From: Lama guanicoe
Taxonomy: Eukaryota
Assembly: GCA_013239625.1 (NCBI GenBank)
Contig: MU054117.1
Location: 498,001 to 562,000 of the forward strand
Reading direction: 5' to 3'
DNA length: 64,000 bases
Part shown: positions 35,832-48,827 of the stretch, piece after piece
Numbering within the stretch: position 1 is the stretch's first letter
How the letters are laid out: each line of letters starts with the position of its first letter
Notes under the pieces: model-generated
What the model was told of the DNA's origin: nothing
The model's database searches: none
What the model saw: the letters and a program-made list of their open reading frames with translations, nothing else
Translations under genes and position numbers: made by a program

Positions 35832-37392
35832 GAAGAGGCTGTCCGCTGCCCTCCGCCTCCGCTTCCCCCTACACTGTCCTCACGTTCTCCACCTCGGCCG
35901 TTTAGAACCCAGCGTGGTCTCCACCTCTGTGTCTTTATCAGAACCGACCTGTGAAGGTCACCCGGGACCGCCACGTTGCGGATCTCCCAGAAACACCCCA
36001 TCCGTGGACCACACTCGCCTTTGGATGCCCTCTGTCGCAGCCTCAGTGACAGGCCCCCTGCTTCCTCGCTGGCCGTGGCTCTGGCCCCTGCACTGGCTCC
36101 GGCTCTGCCTGGTCTCTGTGGTCCGCTGGCTCGCCCGTCCTGGCTTCTCTCCTGCTCTTCCCTCCTCTCACGCTGCACGATCCTCCTAGGTGGTCTCGTC
36201 CGCTCCTTCCTTTTTAAAGCCACGTATTGTTGATGATTCCCAAGCGTCAGATGCATGTGGATGGCTCCCAGACTCTCGGAGACCTACTGTGTGCAGCGCT
36301 GCCCTTCCAGCCTCTCCCTGGTCATTCCTATCTTGGGAGAAGTCCCCTCCTCCCACTCCACCCACTGCTCAGAGCAGAGATGGTCAGTAAATTCTTGCCC
36401 CCCCATCAGAAGGGCCCTTGGATCCGCCCCCCCCCCGGCTCTGGGCTCAGTTCCAGCCACTGTCGCCTCTTCCCTGAGTTACGACAGCCTCCTAACCCAC
36501 CTCTCCTTTCTTCTCTCTGCTCCCCCAGCTCTGTTTTCAAAGAGCAACGGCTGTTTAGCGCTAAATTAAGCCAGGGTGCTCTGCTTTACAACGCGGTGCA
36601 CTTAGCAAAGCCCGGAAGTCTCCACAGGGGGTCGCCTCCTGTCAGCCCGGGCCCCCCAGCAGCGTCCCACCCCCAGCGCCCTAGTGCACCAGGCTGCCCC
36701 CTGGGTCCCAGGCTCTGCCCTGCACCCGGCTCCTGCCTCACGCTCTCTGCCGGGAATGCCGGCAGAGGTTGCAGCTTTCCTGTCCGTGTCTCAGAAAGGT
36801 TTCCAGGCCCCGTTCTCCCTCGGGGCACCCTAGGCTTTTCCTTCCTGACTCTACTGCGACCGCCATTAGGAATGTATTTCTGGGGCCTCCGTCCCACCAG
36901 ACCAGAAGCTCCAGGCGGACAGGCACTGACGACCCGTCATGCACACTGCGAAGCCCGAGCCGGCTCCCGGCCCCGCCGGTTGGTCCGCAGTGGGGGACGC
37001 GGACAGGACGGACCTGACCTGGGCGTGCTGGGCTGGCTGAGGCAGGAGCAGAGCGGAGTCACCCCAAACAAAAGACCCGTGGGGTCAGGTCCAGGGCTGT
37101 GGGCGAGGGCAGGCGAGGGGCCAGCCCTGGCCTCACCCAACCCCAGGGTGTGAAGGAGACCAAAGAATTCCTCCAAAGAGGAATGTCTTCTCCCCACCCC
37201 ATCCCCATGCCGAGCCCTCAGGCAGAAGCCAGCCCTCTCCCCGAGGGGACCACTGGCCCCTGGGACTGGGAAAGGGTCCTCAACCACAGGCTGGTACCTG
37301 GAGGGAGCCGGATGCCCTAGAAGGGCCTTTGAGTCATCGCCTTCCCGGTCCCAGCAGAGGACACACGGTCCCAGCTCAGCTGATTTAGATTC

Positions 37393-37398
37393 AATAAA
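37393..37398 (+). terminator. Candidate ADA2 polyadenylation signal
   Basis: First AATAAA seen downstream of the ADA2 stop (about 1.56 kb 3' UTR). Confidence 0.5.
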
Positions 37399-39089
37399 TG
37401 TGAGAACAGAACTTACCAGAATGGGCTTCTGCAGCAGGTTGCCATGGCCACAGGGGTCTCCCGGGAGCATAAGGTCCCTGATTTGGGAAACAAACCAGCT
37501 CTGGTGCATTCATGCCGGTTCAATAGGCTGAGTCCGAGCTGACAGCCAGAAACACCCCACGGCCAGGTCCTGACTCGCGAGGAGGGCGTGGCTGCCCTCC
37601 CTCGGGCCTGAGCGACGTCTCTGCCAGGGGCACGGGGTGAAGCTGGCTTCACTCACTCCTCCTGTGGGACTTCCCTGAGTGCCCTGACGTAGATGCCTTT
37701 TGGGAAAACTTGTCTGTTAACTGAAGTTTTGTAAACCAAATCACGGGGTACGTGGAGTGGGGGGGAGGGGCTTGCTCTTTCTTTGACGGCAAGCTGCAGC
37801 AAAGCATTCAGTCTGCAAAACATCTTTCTGTGATTTGAACTTCTGGACTCTATCTGTTTATTTACTTCTCAGAATGAGGTCAAATCCTTTGTCCTTCTTT
37901 GTCAGATGAATTGTCCAGGCAGGAAGAACCACAGGGTCCACATCGCCCAGCCTGTGGCGGGTGCCCTGATCCGGCCTCCTCCAGGGTCCTGGAGTTTTGC
38001 TTCGTCCAGGACAGCTGTGGGGGGGGGACAACAGGGGGCCTTCCGGAAGGTCAGATGGAGGGAATTGCAGGACATGCAAAGCATCCTCTTTGCCAGCAGG
38101 TTGGAAGTCGGGGTCCAACCACAGGGAAAACCATGGGACTTTGATCTCAGTACCTTGAAATCGTGTGAAACTTCAGAAGAGTGTTAAGGAAAGCACGAAG
38201 AACTCCAAACGCACGCCCCGCCCAGGTTCCGTGACCAACGCGCTACACACTTGCTGCACCCGTCGCCCGCCCTCCCCTCCCTCGGTGCCCCTAACTAGAC
38301 GCCCTGCATTTTCTGACCGGTTGAGACTTAGTCTGCAGATGTCACTCCTGAACACGCCCGTGTCGTCTCATAAAGACAGCGCTGTTCTCCGTGCAGCCAC
38401 AGCACCACCGCCCAAAGCAGGAAGGGAGCACCGAGGGCACGCCACCTGCCGTCTGACCCCGGCCCCTCCACACGCTCCCCCTTCCTGGCCCAGACCCCGG
38501 TCGGGGCTCCTGGGTCACATGTCAGTCGGGGACAGTGCCTCAGTCTCTCCTCGTCCTTTGTGCCCTTGCCGTCTCTGAAGAGCACAGGCCGGTCATCCTG
38601 GGGTTTGTGATTCCAGCTGTGCGCCTTGAGGGGGACGCCTCAGGTGGTGTTTGTCCTCAGTGCTTTGCCCCAGGGACTGGGGCCAGGGCCTGCCGGAGGC
38701 CATCTCTCCCGCAAGCAAGAGCAGCCCTTAGCGCTGGGTTAGACCAGCCTGAAACCAGTCATCGTGGGAGTTTTTGCACCGCAGAAATCAGCGAATGTTA
38801 CAAATCTGTGCCTCCCCCAGAAGGTGTTAAACATTAACACCACCCCCCCCAAGCTTAGGATGTCAGTTTGTCCCATTACCAGGAGGTTAACTCTGAGCAC
38901 TGTGTTAGGTGATGCCTGCCGGGATTCGCCGATGTAGAGATGTTCCCTTGGTGACTAGTGAATACTTGGCGGGAGACACTTCAGCTCTATGTGGAAATAT
39001 TATTCCTCATCACAGCTTTACCCGCTAGTTTTTGCTTCCGTCCAGGATTATTGTCTGAATCGACTGTTACCACCATAGCTGCTGTTTCA

Positions 39090-39545
39090 AGTATCTGTTG
39101 CTGTGTAATAAATTATCCCAAAGCTTAGTGGCTTCAAAAACCAATAAAACTGTGCTGTCTCTCAGTTTCTGTGGGTCAGGGATCTGGGTCCAGCTGAGGA
39201 GGTCTGCTGGGGTCTCTCGTGAGGTTGTAGTCAAAGCGGTGGTGGAGCAGGAGCCGCTGGGGGCTGGCCGGGCCTCAGCAGGGGTCTCTGCACGGGCCAG
39301 GGTGGGCTTCCCCACGGTACGGGGTTAAAGGCTTCAAGACTGAGTGTCCAGGGAACAAAGCAGAAGTTCTCTTGCCTTTTCTTACGTAACCTTGGAAGTC
39401 ACGTGGTCTCACGTCTGCCATGCTCTGTGGGTCACATCTCTCTGGTCTAAACCCTCCCAGCTTCAAGCAGAAGGGATGGAGACCCCACCTTTTGGTGCAA
39501 GAGGGTCGAGGTCACATTGTAAGAAGGACATAGAAGATGAGGGAC
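39090..39545 (-). mobile_element. MaLR LTR (MLT1-like)
   Basis: tgctgtgtaataaattatcccaaagcttagtggctt...tctgtgggtcagg. Confidence 0.7.
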
Positions 39546-39595
39546 ACTGCTAGAAAATACTTGGAAAGTACACTCACCAAGTGGAGATTTTCTTT

Positions 39596-39762
39596 TTTTT
39601 TAAATTTTATTTATTGATTTATTACTATATTATTTTATTTATTTAGTTTTGGTGGGGTGGGGTGATTAGGTTTATCCATTTTTACAGGAGGCACTGGGGA
39701 TTGAACCCAGGACCTCATGCATGCTAAGCACACACTCCACCACTTGAGCTACACCCTCCTCC
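39596..39762 (-). mobile_element. vic-1-like SINE
   Basis: ggggattgaacccaggacctcatgcatgctaagc...gagctacaccctcc. Confidence 0.8.
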
Positions 39763-39799
39763 TGGTGATTTTCTAGTTCTACCATTTCTTCTGTATTTT

Positions 39800-40262
39800 T
39801 GTAAAAAAAAAGTTATTGAAGTATAGTTGGTTTACAATGTTGTGTTAGTTTCAGGTGTATAGCAGTGATTCAGTTATAATACACATTTACATAGATACAT
39901 TCCTTCTCAGATTCTTTTCCATTGTAGGTCATCGTGAGATACTGAATGTAGTTCCCTGTGCTGTACTTTTTTAATCTGTTTTATACATACTAGTGTGTAT
40001 ATGTTAGTCCCAAACTCCTAGTTTATCCCTCCCCCTCCTTTCCCCTTCGGTAACCACAGTTTGTTTTCTATGTCTGTGAGTCTATTTATGGTTTATAAAT
40101 AGGTTCATTTGTATCTTTTTTTTATATTCCACATATAAGTGATATCATATGATATTTGTATTTTTCTGTCTGACTTACTTCACTTAGTGTGATAATCTCT
40201 AGGCTCTTCCACACTGTTGCAAATGGCATGATTTTATTCTTTTTTATGGCTGAGTAGTATTC

Positions 40263-40316
<54 letters not shown>

Positions 40317-40653
40317 NNNNNNNNNNNNNNNNNNNNNNNNNNNNNNNNNNNNNNNNNNNNNNNNNNNNNNNNNNNNNNNNNNNNNNNNNNNNNNNNNNNN
40401 NNNNNNNNNNNNNNNNNNNNNNNNNNNNNNNNNNNNNNNNNNNNNNNNNNNNNNNNNNNNNNNNNNNNNNNNNNNNNNNNNNNNNNNNNNNNNNNNNNNN
40501 NNNNNNNNNNNNNNNNNNNNNNNNNNNNNNNNNNNNNNNNNNNNNNNNNNNNNNNNNNNNNNNNNNNNNNNNNNNNNNNNNNNNNNNNNNNNNNNNNNNN
40601 NNNNNNNNNNNNNNNNNNNNNNNNNNNNNNNNTTTTATGGCTAGTAGTATTCC

Positions 40654-40697
<44 letters not shown>

Positions 40698-40730
40698 CCA
40701 CAACTTCTCCATCCAGTCATCTGTTGACAG
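39800..40730 (-). mobile_element. LINE-1 3' end containing (TG)n and the gap
   Basis: Similar to the 5.9-6.6 kb L1 3' UTR (ttttatggctgagtagtattccatt, ttacttcacttag). Confidence 0.85.
40317..40632. other. Assembly gap (316 N) at a (TG)n microsatellite
   Basis: N run flanked by (TG)n at 40268-40316 and 40656-40694. Confidence 0.95.
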
Positions 40731-42879
40731 ATCTTCTCTATTAGCTGCCATTCTGCTGTGAGGAAGAACTTTCTCTAATCGGTTGAATGACTGATTATCA
40801 GTCTGGCTCCTGGATTCTGACGATTCAGTGGACTATAATCTATCACTGTAATGATTTATTTTGTTGCTCACACTGGTGCAGATTTGGCCATGGGAACCCT
40901 GTTATGCTGGCTCCTGCGACTCTTTGATAAATTCCTGTAATTTTCTGAGCACTTACTTTCTGACTCTAAAAAACGTTCTAGGTTCATTGTACACTTTGCA
41001 TGTCTGTTACTGGAGTTGAACCGTTTCTCCCCAGAGCCCGGGTCCCCTTTAGGACAGAGTAACATCTAGAAGCCTTGATCTGGGAACTAGATGTGCTAGT
41101 TGCTGCTGGTGTGTGTCTGTCCACACACACACGAATAGAATTTATATATTAAAATAAAAGTATATGTTTATACACATATAATTATATCTGTTTCCAGCTT
41201 TCTCTATGTATATTAAAAACCATGAGTTTGCACCCATGCCTCCAATTCCTTTAAACACCACGAGGTTTCTTCCAGCCTCCGCCCTCCCCACATCTGAAAC
41301 TGTTCCCCAGCAGTGAGAACCTGGCTCCCGCTGTCCCCAGTGCATCTTCATATTTGCTGGTTTCCCTGTATGGGGTCCGCCTGGCTCTCCCGCTGGGCAC
41401 AGACACCTCAGGGGAAGGGAGGGGAAGAGGTAAACTTCTGGAAGAAGAGAAGCCCATAGGTTTTCAGAACTAGAGGCGACTTCTAGAACATGACTGGTGT
41501 TCAGGTGAGGCTCAGGGTCAGAGTGAGCAGGCGTGGATCCCTTCTAAGGGAAATGAGTGATTTTGGATTCTTTTTTCTTTAAGAGGCCCTTCAAACACGT
41601 GGAAGCCTTAGGCGCCCCAAATCTGGGTCTGCCCAGCTCCAGGACAGCATTCACGTGGACCCAGGAAAACGGGAGGTGTGCGGGGCCAAGAAGTCCAGCT
41701 AAAGTGAGGTGAACACCGTGGTCTGGGAGGGAGCCCGAGGTTCTCAAAACCATCTCCTGCCTCAGGAAGGGGAGCCAGTCAAAGGTCATCAGAATGCGAC
41801 TCTATAACCTGCCTCCACCACTCAGTCCAGGTCCCAAAATGTCCCTTCCCCCAGGTCGGGGGCTTGACCAACTGATGTGACCTAGGCCACCGGCAAAATT
41901 TGGTCCCTTGAGTTTCAGCTACATGTGGGTGCATTTATGGGCCGAAATTCGGTTACCTGCTAGGTTACAAACACTACTTTCACATCCATAATTTGTGTTA
42001 CTTTGAGTGGCAGTCATCCTAGAATAACAGAGCCGTCTTTGTCCTTTGTCCAGAGGGCGTACATGAAGGCACAGGGTCTGGGACTGCTGCCGTGCGCGGT
42101 GTCTGGGAACACGGCGGGGGTGGGGAGCACTTCTGGACAGGCTTTGCCCTGGGAAGCATCCGTGGCTCCCAATTCTCACCCGCAATAGTGCGGCCGGGGC
42201 AGAGGTGCTGGGCTTCACTCTCCAGCCTTTTCAGCCAATAGCCTCTTCCTCCTCCTCTTCAGGGTGGCCCAGATCCAAGTTTCCAAAGGGCCTTTCCCTG
42301 GGGTTTGTCCAGAGACCACGTGTTAGGGGGACAAGGCCTGCCTGGTCCAGCCAGAACCCCCTGGGGACAAGCCCCCTCTGGGGCGAGGCTGAGAGGACTG
42401 GAAGTTTTAGACTCACAGAATATCAGAGCTGGGAGAGGCCTAAGGATCATCTTATCTAAAGTCTCTGTGTCACAGAGAACTATCCTGGGGCCCAGAGAGG
42501 GTCAGTACCGCTTCGGGTCACACAGCAGGTCACAGCAGGTTTCTGAGTCCGGGCTCAGTGCTCACCCTACAACACAGGGCTGTCTTCCCTCCTGTCCGGG
42601 GCCTCGGCGGCGATAGGCCCCATCAACCCCTGGTGGGCCTGGGTCACTTCTCTGGCCCTGAGGGTGGAGTTTGGGCAGCTCAACCCCTAACAGGCCGATG
42701 ACAGTCCCTCCATCCCTGTCCTGGCTCGATGAGGCATCAGCCCTCGGGGGACAGGCTGACCCCTCTTGTGACCTCTCCTGTGACCCCTCCTGTGACCCCT
42801 GGCTCTTTGGTGGCGTCCCAGCCCAGAAATGGCCTCCGCTTCCTGTGGCCCCGGAGGAACGGGTTCTGGCCTAGAGCCT

Positions 42880-43340
42880 TTGTCCAGGGTCCCCCGCCGC
42901 CCAGCCAGCGATCCCGGGGACCGCCGTTTGGTGGGAAGTGGCCCGAGGGAGAAGCACGCTGAAAGCAAACGGCGGTGCGTGCGGCCGGCACTGGGACACC
43001 TGCGGCACCGGCGGCACCTGCGGCGGCGGCGGCACCGGCGGCGGGCGGCGCGCTGCTGGCCCCTGGTGGCCGCCCGCGGTAGCGCCGGCGCCCTATCCGG
43101 CTTGGACCCGCTTCCGACGCAACAGGTGGGAACACTTGGTCCCGAATTCCGCTTCTGTTATGCTTTGGTCCGCTCCCCTCCCACAGTGGACAGGCCTGGG
43201 GCTCCCTGCCCCTCGGCTCCCGCCGTGTCTCTGGCCACTGCCTCCTCCCGTGCTTTGCTCCGGCCGCCCGGGGGAGGCAGGCCCGCTTCCGACGGGGGCC
43301 ACCGCTTGGTACAAATGTGGAGCGCGCCGCCTCGCGATGT
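42880..43340. promoter_or_regulatory. Intergenic CpG island about 5.5 kb upstream of the HDHD5 island
   Basis: CpG-dense with GGC/GGCACC repeats at 42985-43055. Confidence 0.7.
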
Positions 43341-44910
43341 TTAAGTTTTGTTAAATTAAAGGAAAAAAAAGCTTGGATAGGTATACAAACACATTTCAAA
43401 AATCAAAAAATACGAAAAGGGGTGGATTGAAAGGCTTATGCCCACCTCTGCTCCGCCGTTTCCCCCGACCCCCTCCCGCCATGTTTACCGCTGCGTGTGC
43501 TTGTTTGTGCAAAATAAACAAAGGCGCCTCTAAATACCCCGTTTCCGCTTTCTGTTATATAAGGCGGCCATCGCTCACCTGTCCTGAGCTTTGCTTTTAA
43601 CGATATGCCCTGAGGGTCTTGGTCCTTCCCCCTCACTCTGCAGGGTGTCTCCGTGTTCCCATGGGAACATGCCCGCGTTTAGTTAACAAGGCCACTAGGG
43701 CACCTGGACTGTTTCCAAATCTCTGCTGTTATAAACCCCGTCGTCACATAATAGGTACCTAATTTATGCAACAAAGGAATGAGGGCCGGGTGACAAGCGC
43801 CTTGTCACTTCCCCGGGTTTATAGACAGCCCCCTTCCTCCCGGACACCAGCCCAGGGGAGGATAGTGATCTGGGCCTCACACAGGGGAGCAGGGTCTTGC
43901 TTTACAGGTCAAAGGCCTGATCTAGGCCAGTTAGAAGTGGAAATGGAAAAAAGAAAATATATGAACATTTTGAGGGGAAAACATAAGGACACATAATTTT
44001 CTGTACAGATAAGGGATTCCTGCTGCCCTGTCTGCTGGAAGGCGAGGGAACGGCCCTTCCCTGCACACCTTGGGCCCCACTTCCCCCAACCACCCCCTGA
44101 TGCTGAGAGCTCAGTCCAGACCTCTTCCAGAAAAGTCCACCCTTCTTTACCCTGAATAACTCACTCAAGGCCAGCAACCAAGCCGCCCAGAGTAAAGGAG
44201 AGGGGGTTGGAGCCCAGGGCTGTGAGCTCTGATTCTGGATGGATTTCCACTCAGCGGACTGGAGACCCACAGGAGGTGAGGGGTCGGGTGGGGAGGTCAG
44301 TGTGGGAAAGGGGAAAGCACGCTGGTCCCCGCCCGAGGCCTGAGCGCAGGCCTCGCTCTGTGCCTCTTGGGTCCCGGTGTGTCTGTGCGCTGACCCTTGT
44401 CCAGCGGCTCACGAGGCCTCCGGGCCGAAGGCCTCGTTTCATCGCTGGAGGTGCTGGGCTGGGTGTTTTCTCAGAGGCCTTTCGGGAAGGAAGTATTAAC
44501 ACGGCAAGGATAAACCATGGTCCCCGGGAAGGCAGGGGGAACAATGGACAGAGGGGAGCAGAGGTCGTCCCCTGAATAAAACCAGTCCTGAGTGAATCTT
44601 GGAAGGAAAGCGTCCGTGAGGACAGTCAGGAGGCCCCGCGGCCGGGGGCCTGAGATGACAGGGCCGTGAGTGTCTCCAGGCAGGTGACGGTTCTGACTCA
44701 GAACAGCGATGTCTGAACACCTCTGAGGCCTCGGTCACTGCTCTTCTCTCTTTGCTTTTCTTTCTTAAAGTGTATTTGGTGAAGAAACAAGTCATTTGTC
44801 CTGTAGAGCGTTCCCGGTCTGGAACTCAGTGACCATGCTTCCCTGGGGCTCCTTAACCTGGTCTTCTGTCCCCACAGTTTCTGTAAAGTGGTGGTTGGAC
44901 CTAGAGTCTT

Positions 44911-45028
44911 TTTTTTGGGTGGGGGGTGGGTAATTAGGTTTATTTATTTTTAATGGAGGAACTGGGGATTGAACCTAGGAATTCGTGCATGCTAAGTACA
45001 CACTCTACCTGAGTATACCCTCCCCCTC
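44911..45028 (-). mobile_element. vic-1-like SINE with perfect 15-bp TSD
   Basis: tggacctagagtctt at 44896-44910 and 45029-45043. Confidence 0.9.
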
Positions 45029-46039
45029 TGGACCTAGAGTCTTGATAAAGTTTAATTCCGTCCTTTTGGCAGAACTATCTCACACGTAGTACCAACACAC
45101 ACCGCTGAGAAGTAGGCCTGTGCCCTGTTCAGGGCTGCAGTCAGGGCTTGGGGAGGGGTAGCCCCCCTTTGCTCCCCGAGTGGGGCTGGGTTCTAGGGGG
45201 CAGTCAGACTTCCCTGGAGCCTCCTCCATGCCCCATCTCCTGAATGAATGCTGTCCCCTCCTTGTGAGGGCCTGGAGGCCAGAGAAGCCAGTCAGTTGGC
45301 CAGGATCAGAGGCTCCCTGGGGGTGGCTGGCAGGAGGCACAGGGCTGAGCTGCTGTGGACAACTGCTCCCTGTGTCTCCTCAGGGCCCTGCAGGAGAGGG
45401 AACCCCACATCAGGGATCCTGGTGCTGCCCTGACCTGGACATGCAGTGAGTGTGGCCTGGGGACCTGGTCTGGGGACCTAGCCTGGGGATCTTGAAGTGC
45501 CTGGAAGAGCAGGGAGCAGGGGTCATGGGGAAGGGCCCCCCAGCTTTCAGCAGAGAGGGTGGAGCCCTCAGCCTGGATAAGAACCCTGCCCAGGGCTCAT
45601 GGGGGCACCACCTGCTCCCCAAATGCTTAGTCCCCTTTTCTTCTGTTGTCTCCCCTCCTTCCCTCTTTCCATGCATCCCTCTACTGGGGTCTGAAGATCT
45701 CCTGATCAGTCTTGTCTCCCCTCTCTGCTGTCCCTTCCCTCTCCTGCATTACTCCTCTCCTTTCCTGTTTTGGTCCTCTCCCCTCAGAAGTCAACCTACC
45801 CTCAGCGTGGACACAGGGACAGGGCAGCAGGCCAGGTCCCCAGGCTGAGCTGCCTGCCCACTTCCTGGATCTCTGAGGCATCCTGTCCTCACTGCCTAGA
45901 CCTGGGCCTGGACAGCACGGCACTCAGATGGCCTGGGCCACTCGCCTCTCTAGAGTCCCTGGGGAGATGGTGGACACAGGAGGGGGCAGGAGAACATGGC
46001 AGAGGCGGGAGACACTGGAGGTCAGTGTGGCCATGTGCT

Positions 46040-46393
46040 TAAGTTTTGGCCCATGAGGTGTACGTAGAACTGGTATGTAAGACTTCTTGGAATTACCTGT
46101 AAGGGGATAGTATGACTCTTTTTGTCTTTTCTTTCATGATGGCTGGAATGTGAACATGATGGCTGGAGCATGAGCAGCTCTCTTGGATTGTGAAGTGGAA
46201 GCTATGCAGTGAAGGTGGCACAGGAGCAAAATAGGAGCCTGGGTACCTAATAAGTTTGTGGAGTCACAATATCAAGCTTGTACTCTTCTCTCCCAAGCTT
46301 CTTCACGTGAGAGAAACAAATTTGTTTCTTACTTAAGCTCCTGGCCTTTGGAGGTTTCTATTAATTGCAGCCAAACTTGAGCCCAACTAATAC
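46040..46393 (+). mobile_element. MaLR LTR (MLT1-like)
   Basis: tgatggctggagc...ggagcctgggt...gtgagagaaa...tgcagcc...actaataca. Confidence 0.65.
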
Positions 46394-46449
46394 AAAGCAT
46401 GTGCATGGGTGCAGGCAGGCTCATGCTTCTGTGTGTGCTGCCAAACTAT

Positions 46450-48440
46450 ACACCTCAAGGAACTAGAAAAACAACAACAAACAAAGACCAAAGTTAGGAG
46501 AAGGAAGGGAAATAGAAAGGTCAGAGCAGAAGTAAATGAAAGAGAGACTAAAAAGACAATAGAATGCATCAATAAAACCAAAAGCTGACTCTTTGAAAAG
46601 ATAAAGGAAACTGACAAACCTTTAGCTCGACTCACCAAGGGAAAAAGAGGACTCAACCAACTAACATCAGAAGTGAAAAAGAAGATGTTGCAGCTGACAC
46701 TTCTCAAATGCAAAGGATCATAACAGACTACCATGAATGCTTATATACCATCAAACTGGACAACCCAGAAGAAATGGATAAATTCCTAGAAACATACAAC
46801 CTTTAAAGACTGAATCATAAAGAAATAGAAAATCTGAACAGACTGAATACTAGTAAGGAGATTGAATCAGTAATTAAAAAATCTTCCAACAGACAAAAGT
46901 CCAGGACAAATGGCCTGCCTGGTGAATTCTACCAAACATTCAAAGAATTAATACCACTCCATCTGAAACTCTCCCAAAAAACAGAAGAGGAGGAAACACT
47001 TCCAAACTTATTTTTCAGACCAGCATTACCCTGATACCAAAACCAGACACGGACACCACAGGAAAAGAAAATTACAGACCAATATCCCTAATGAACATAG
47101 AAGCAAAAATTCTCAACAAAATATTAGCAAACCAAATTCAACAATACGTTAAAAGGAGCATGCACCACGGTCAAGTGGGATCTATTCCAGGGACGCAAGG
47201 ATGGTTCAACATCCACTAATCAATCAATGTGACACACCACATTAACAAACTGAAGGATAAAAATCATGTGGTCATCTGAATAGATGCAGAAAAATCTTCT
47301 GACAAAATTCAACATCAATTTACGGTAAAAACTCTCAACAAAGTGGGCATAGAGGGATTGGACCTCAGCAGAATAAGGGCCACAGGTGACATCCCACCGC
47401 AAATAAAGAAGTGGGACGACATTAAACTAAAAGGCTTCTACACAGCAAAGGAAACTATCAACAAAGTGAAGAGGCAACCTACCGAGTGGGGGAAGATATT
47501 TGCAAATCATATATCTGAAAAGGGGCTAATTCCACAATATACGAAGAAGTCATACAACTCATAGCAAAAAGCAAACAACCCAATCAAAAAATGGGCAGAA
47601 GATCTGAATAGACATTCTTCCAGAGAAGACATACAGATGACCAACAGACACATGAAAAGATGCCCCACATCACTAGTCATCAGGAAAACGCAAATCAAAT
47701 CAAACCACAGTGAGCGGGGAGGGCATAGCTCATTGTTAGAGCACGTGCTTAGCACGCAGGAAGTCCTGGGTGCAATCCCCAGTACCTCCATTGAAAAAAT
47801 AGAACGAAACAAAACAAAACAAAACACCATAATGAGATACCACCTCACACCTGTCAGAGCGGCTACTCTCAAAAAGACAAGAGACAACAAGTGTCCATGA
47901 GGATGTGGAGAAAAGGGATCCCTTGTGCGCTACAGGGGGGAATGTGAATTGGTGCAGCTGCCATGGAAACCAGCACAGAGGCTCCTCAAACACAGAACCA
48001 CCGTTATGACCCAGCAATTCCACTTCTGCGTGTTTACCCACAGAAAACGAAAACACTAACTGGAAAAGATACGCGTACGCCACGGTCGCTGCAGAGCAAT
48101 CCGCAACTGCCAAGACGCAGAAGCAGCTTAAGTGCCCATCCGTAGGTGAGTGGATAAAGAAGACGCGGTATGTATATACGACGGGGTAGTATTCAGCCAC
48201 AAAAAGAAGGAAGTGCTGCCACTTGCAATAACAAGCTTAGGCCCTGAGGGAGTCATGCTTAATGAAATAAATCAGATAAAAACAATTACTATATGCTCTC
48301 ATATGTGGAATCTAAGAGACAAATCGCCAAGATCATAGATCCAGAGAACAAAAGAAGGATGCTGGTTGCCAGAGGTGGGAGTGGCGTGGGCCAATGGGTG
48401 CATGTCAAAAAAGCACAAACTTCCAGACATCTGATAAACA
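46450..48440 (+). mobile_element. Decayed LINE-1 ORF2 and 3' end with internal deletion
   Basis: A-rich; EEMDKFLETYNL-, KWDDIKLKGF-, DPAIPLL-like segments with stops and frameshifts. Confidence 0.9.
47715..47826 (+). mobile_element. vic-1-like SINE nested in L1
   Basis: Interrupts the L1 motif aaaccacaatgag, which is left as a degenerate TSD on both sides. Confidence 0.85.
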
Positions 48441-48610
48441 AGACCCGGCCGGGACCCGCTCCCCAGAGACGCAGGAGTGCGGCTCCCCAGATGCGCGCGC
48501 CGCCCGCCCCAGCCACGGACACGGACTACAGCTCCCGGGGTGCCCCGGGGCTGCCGGCCGCTGGCTGGCTGCGCGGGGGGCGCCGGGCGGGGCGTGCGCG
48601 GGGCCGGGCG

Positions 48611-48827
48611 NNNNNNNNNNNNNNNNNNNNNNNNNNNNNNNNNNNNNNNNNNNNNNNNNNNNNNNNNNNNNNNNNNNNNNNNNNNNNNNNNNNNNNNNNN
48701 NNNNNNNNNNNNNNNNNNNNNNNNNNNNNNNNNNNNNNNNNNNNNNNNNNNNNNNNNNNNNNNNNNNNNNNNNNNNNNNNNNNNNNNNNNNNNNNNNNNN
48801 NNNNNNNNNNNNNNNNNNNNNNNNNNN
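48611..48827. other. Assembly gap (217 N), probably containing HDHD5 exon 1
   Basis: N run in a GC-extreme island; the HDHD5 N-terminal ~42 aa were not found elsewhere. Confidence 0.8.

Noticed and set aside
35285..36256. 323-aa minus-strand ORF
   Set aside because: Antisense shadow of GC-rich ADA2 exons and UTR
40234..40744. HT/CV repeat ORFs
   Set aside because: Artefacts of (TG)n plus the N gap
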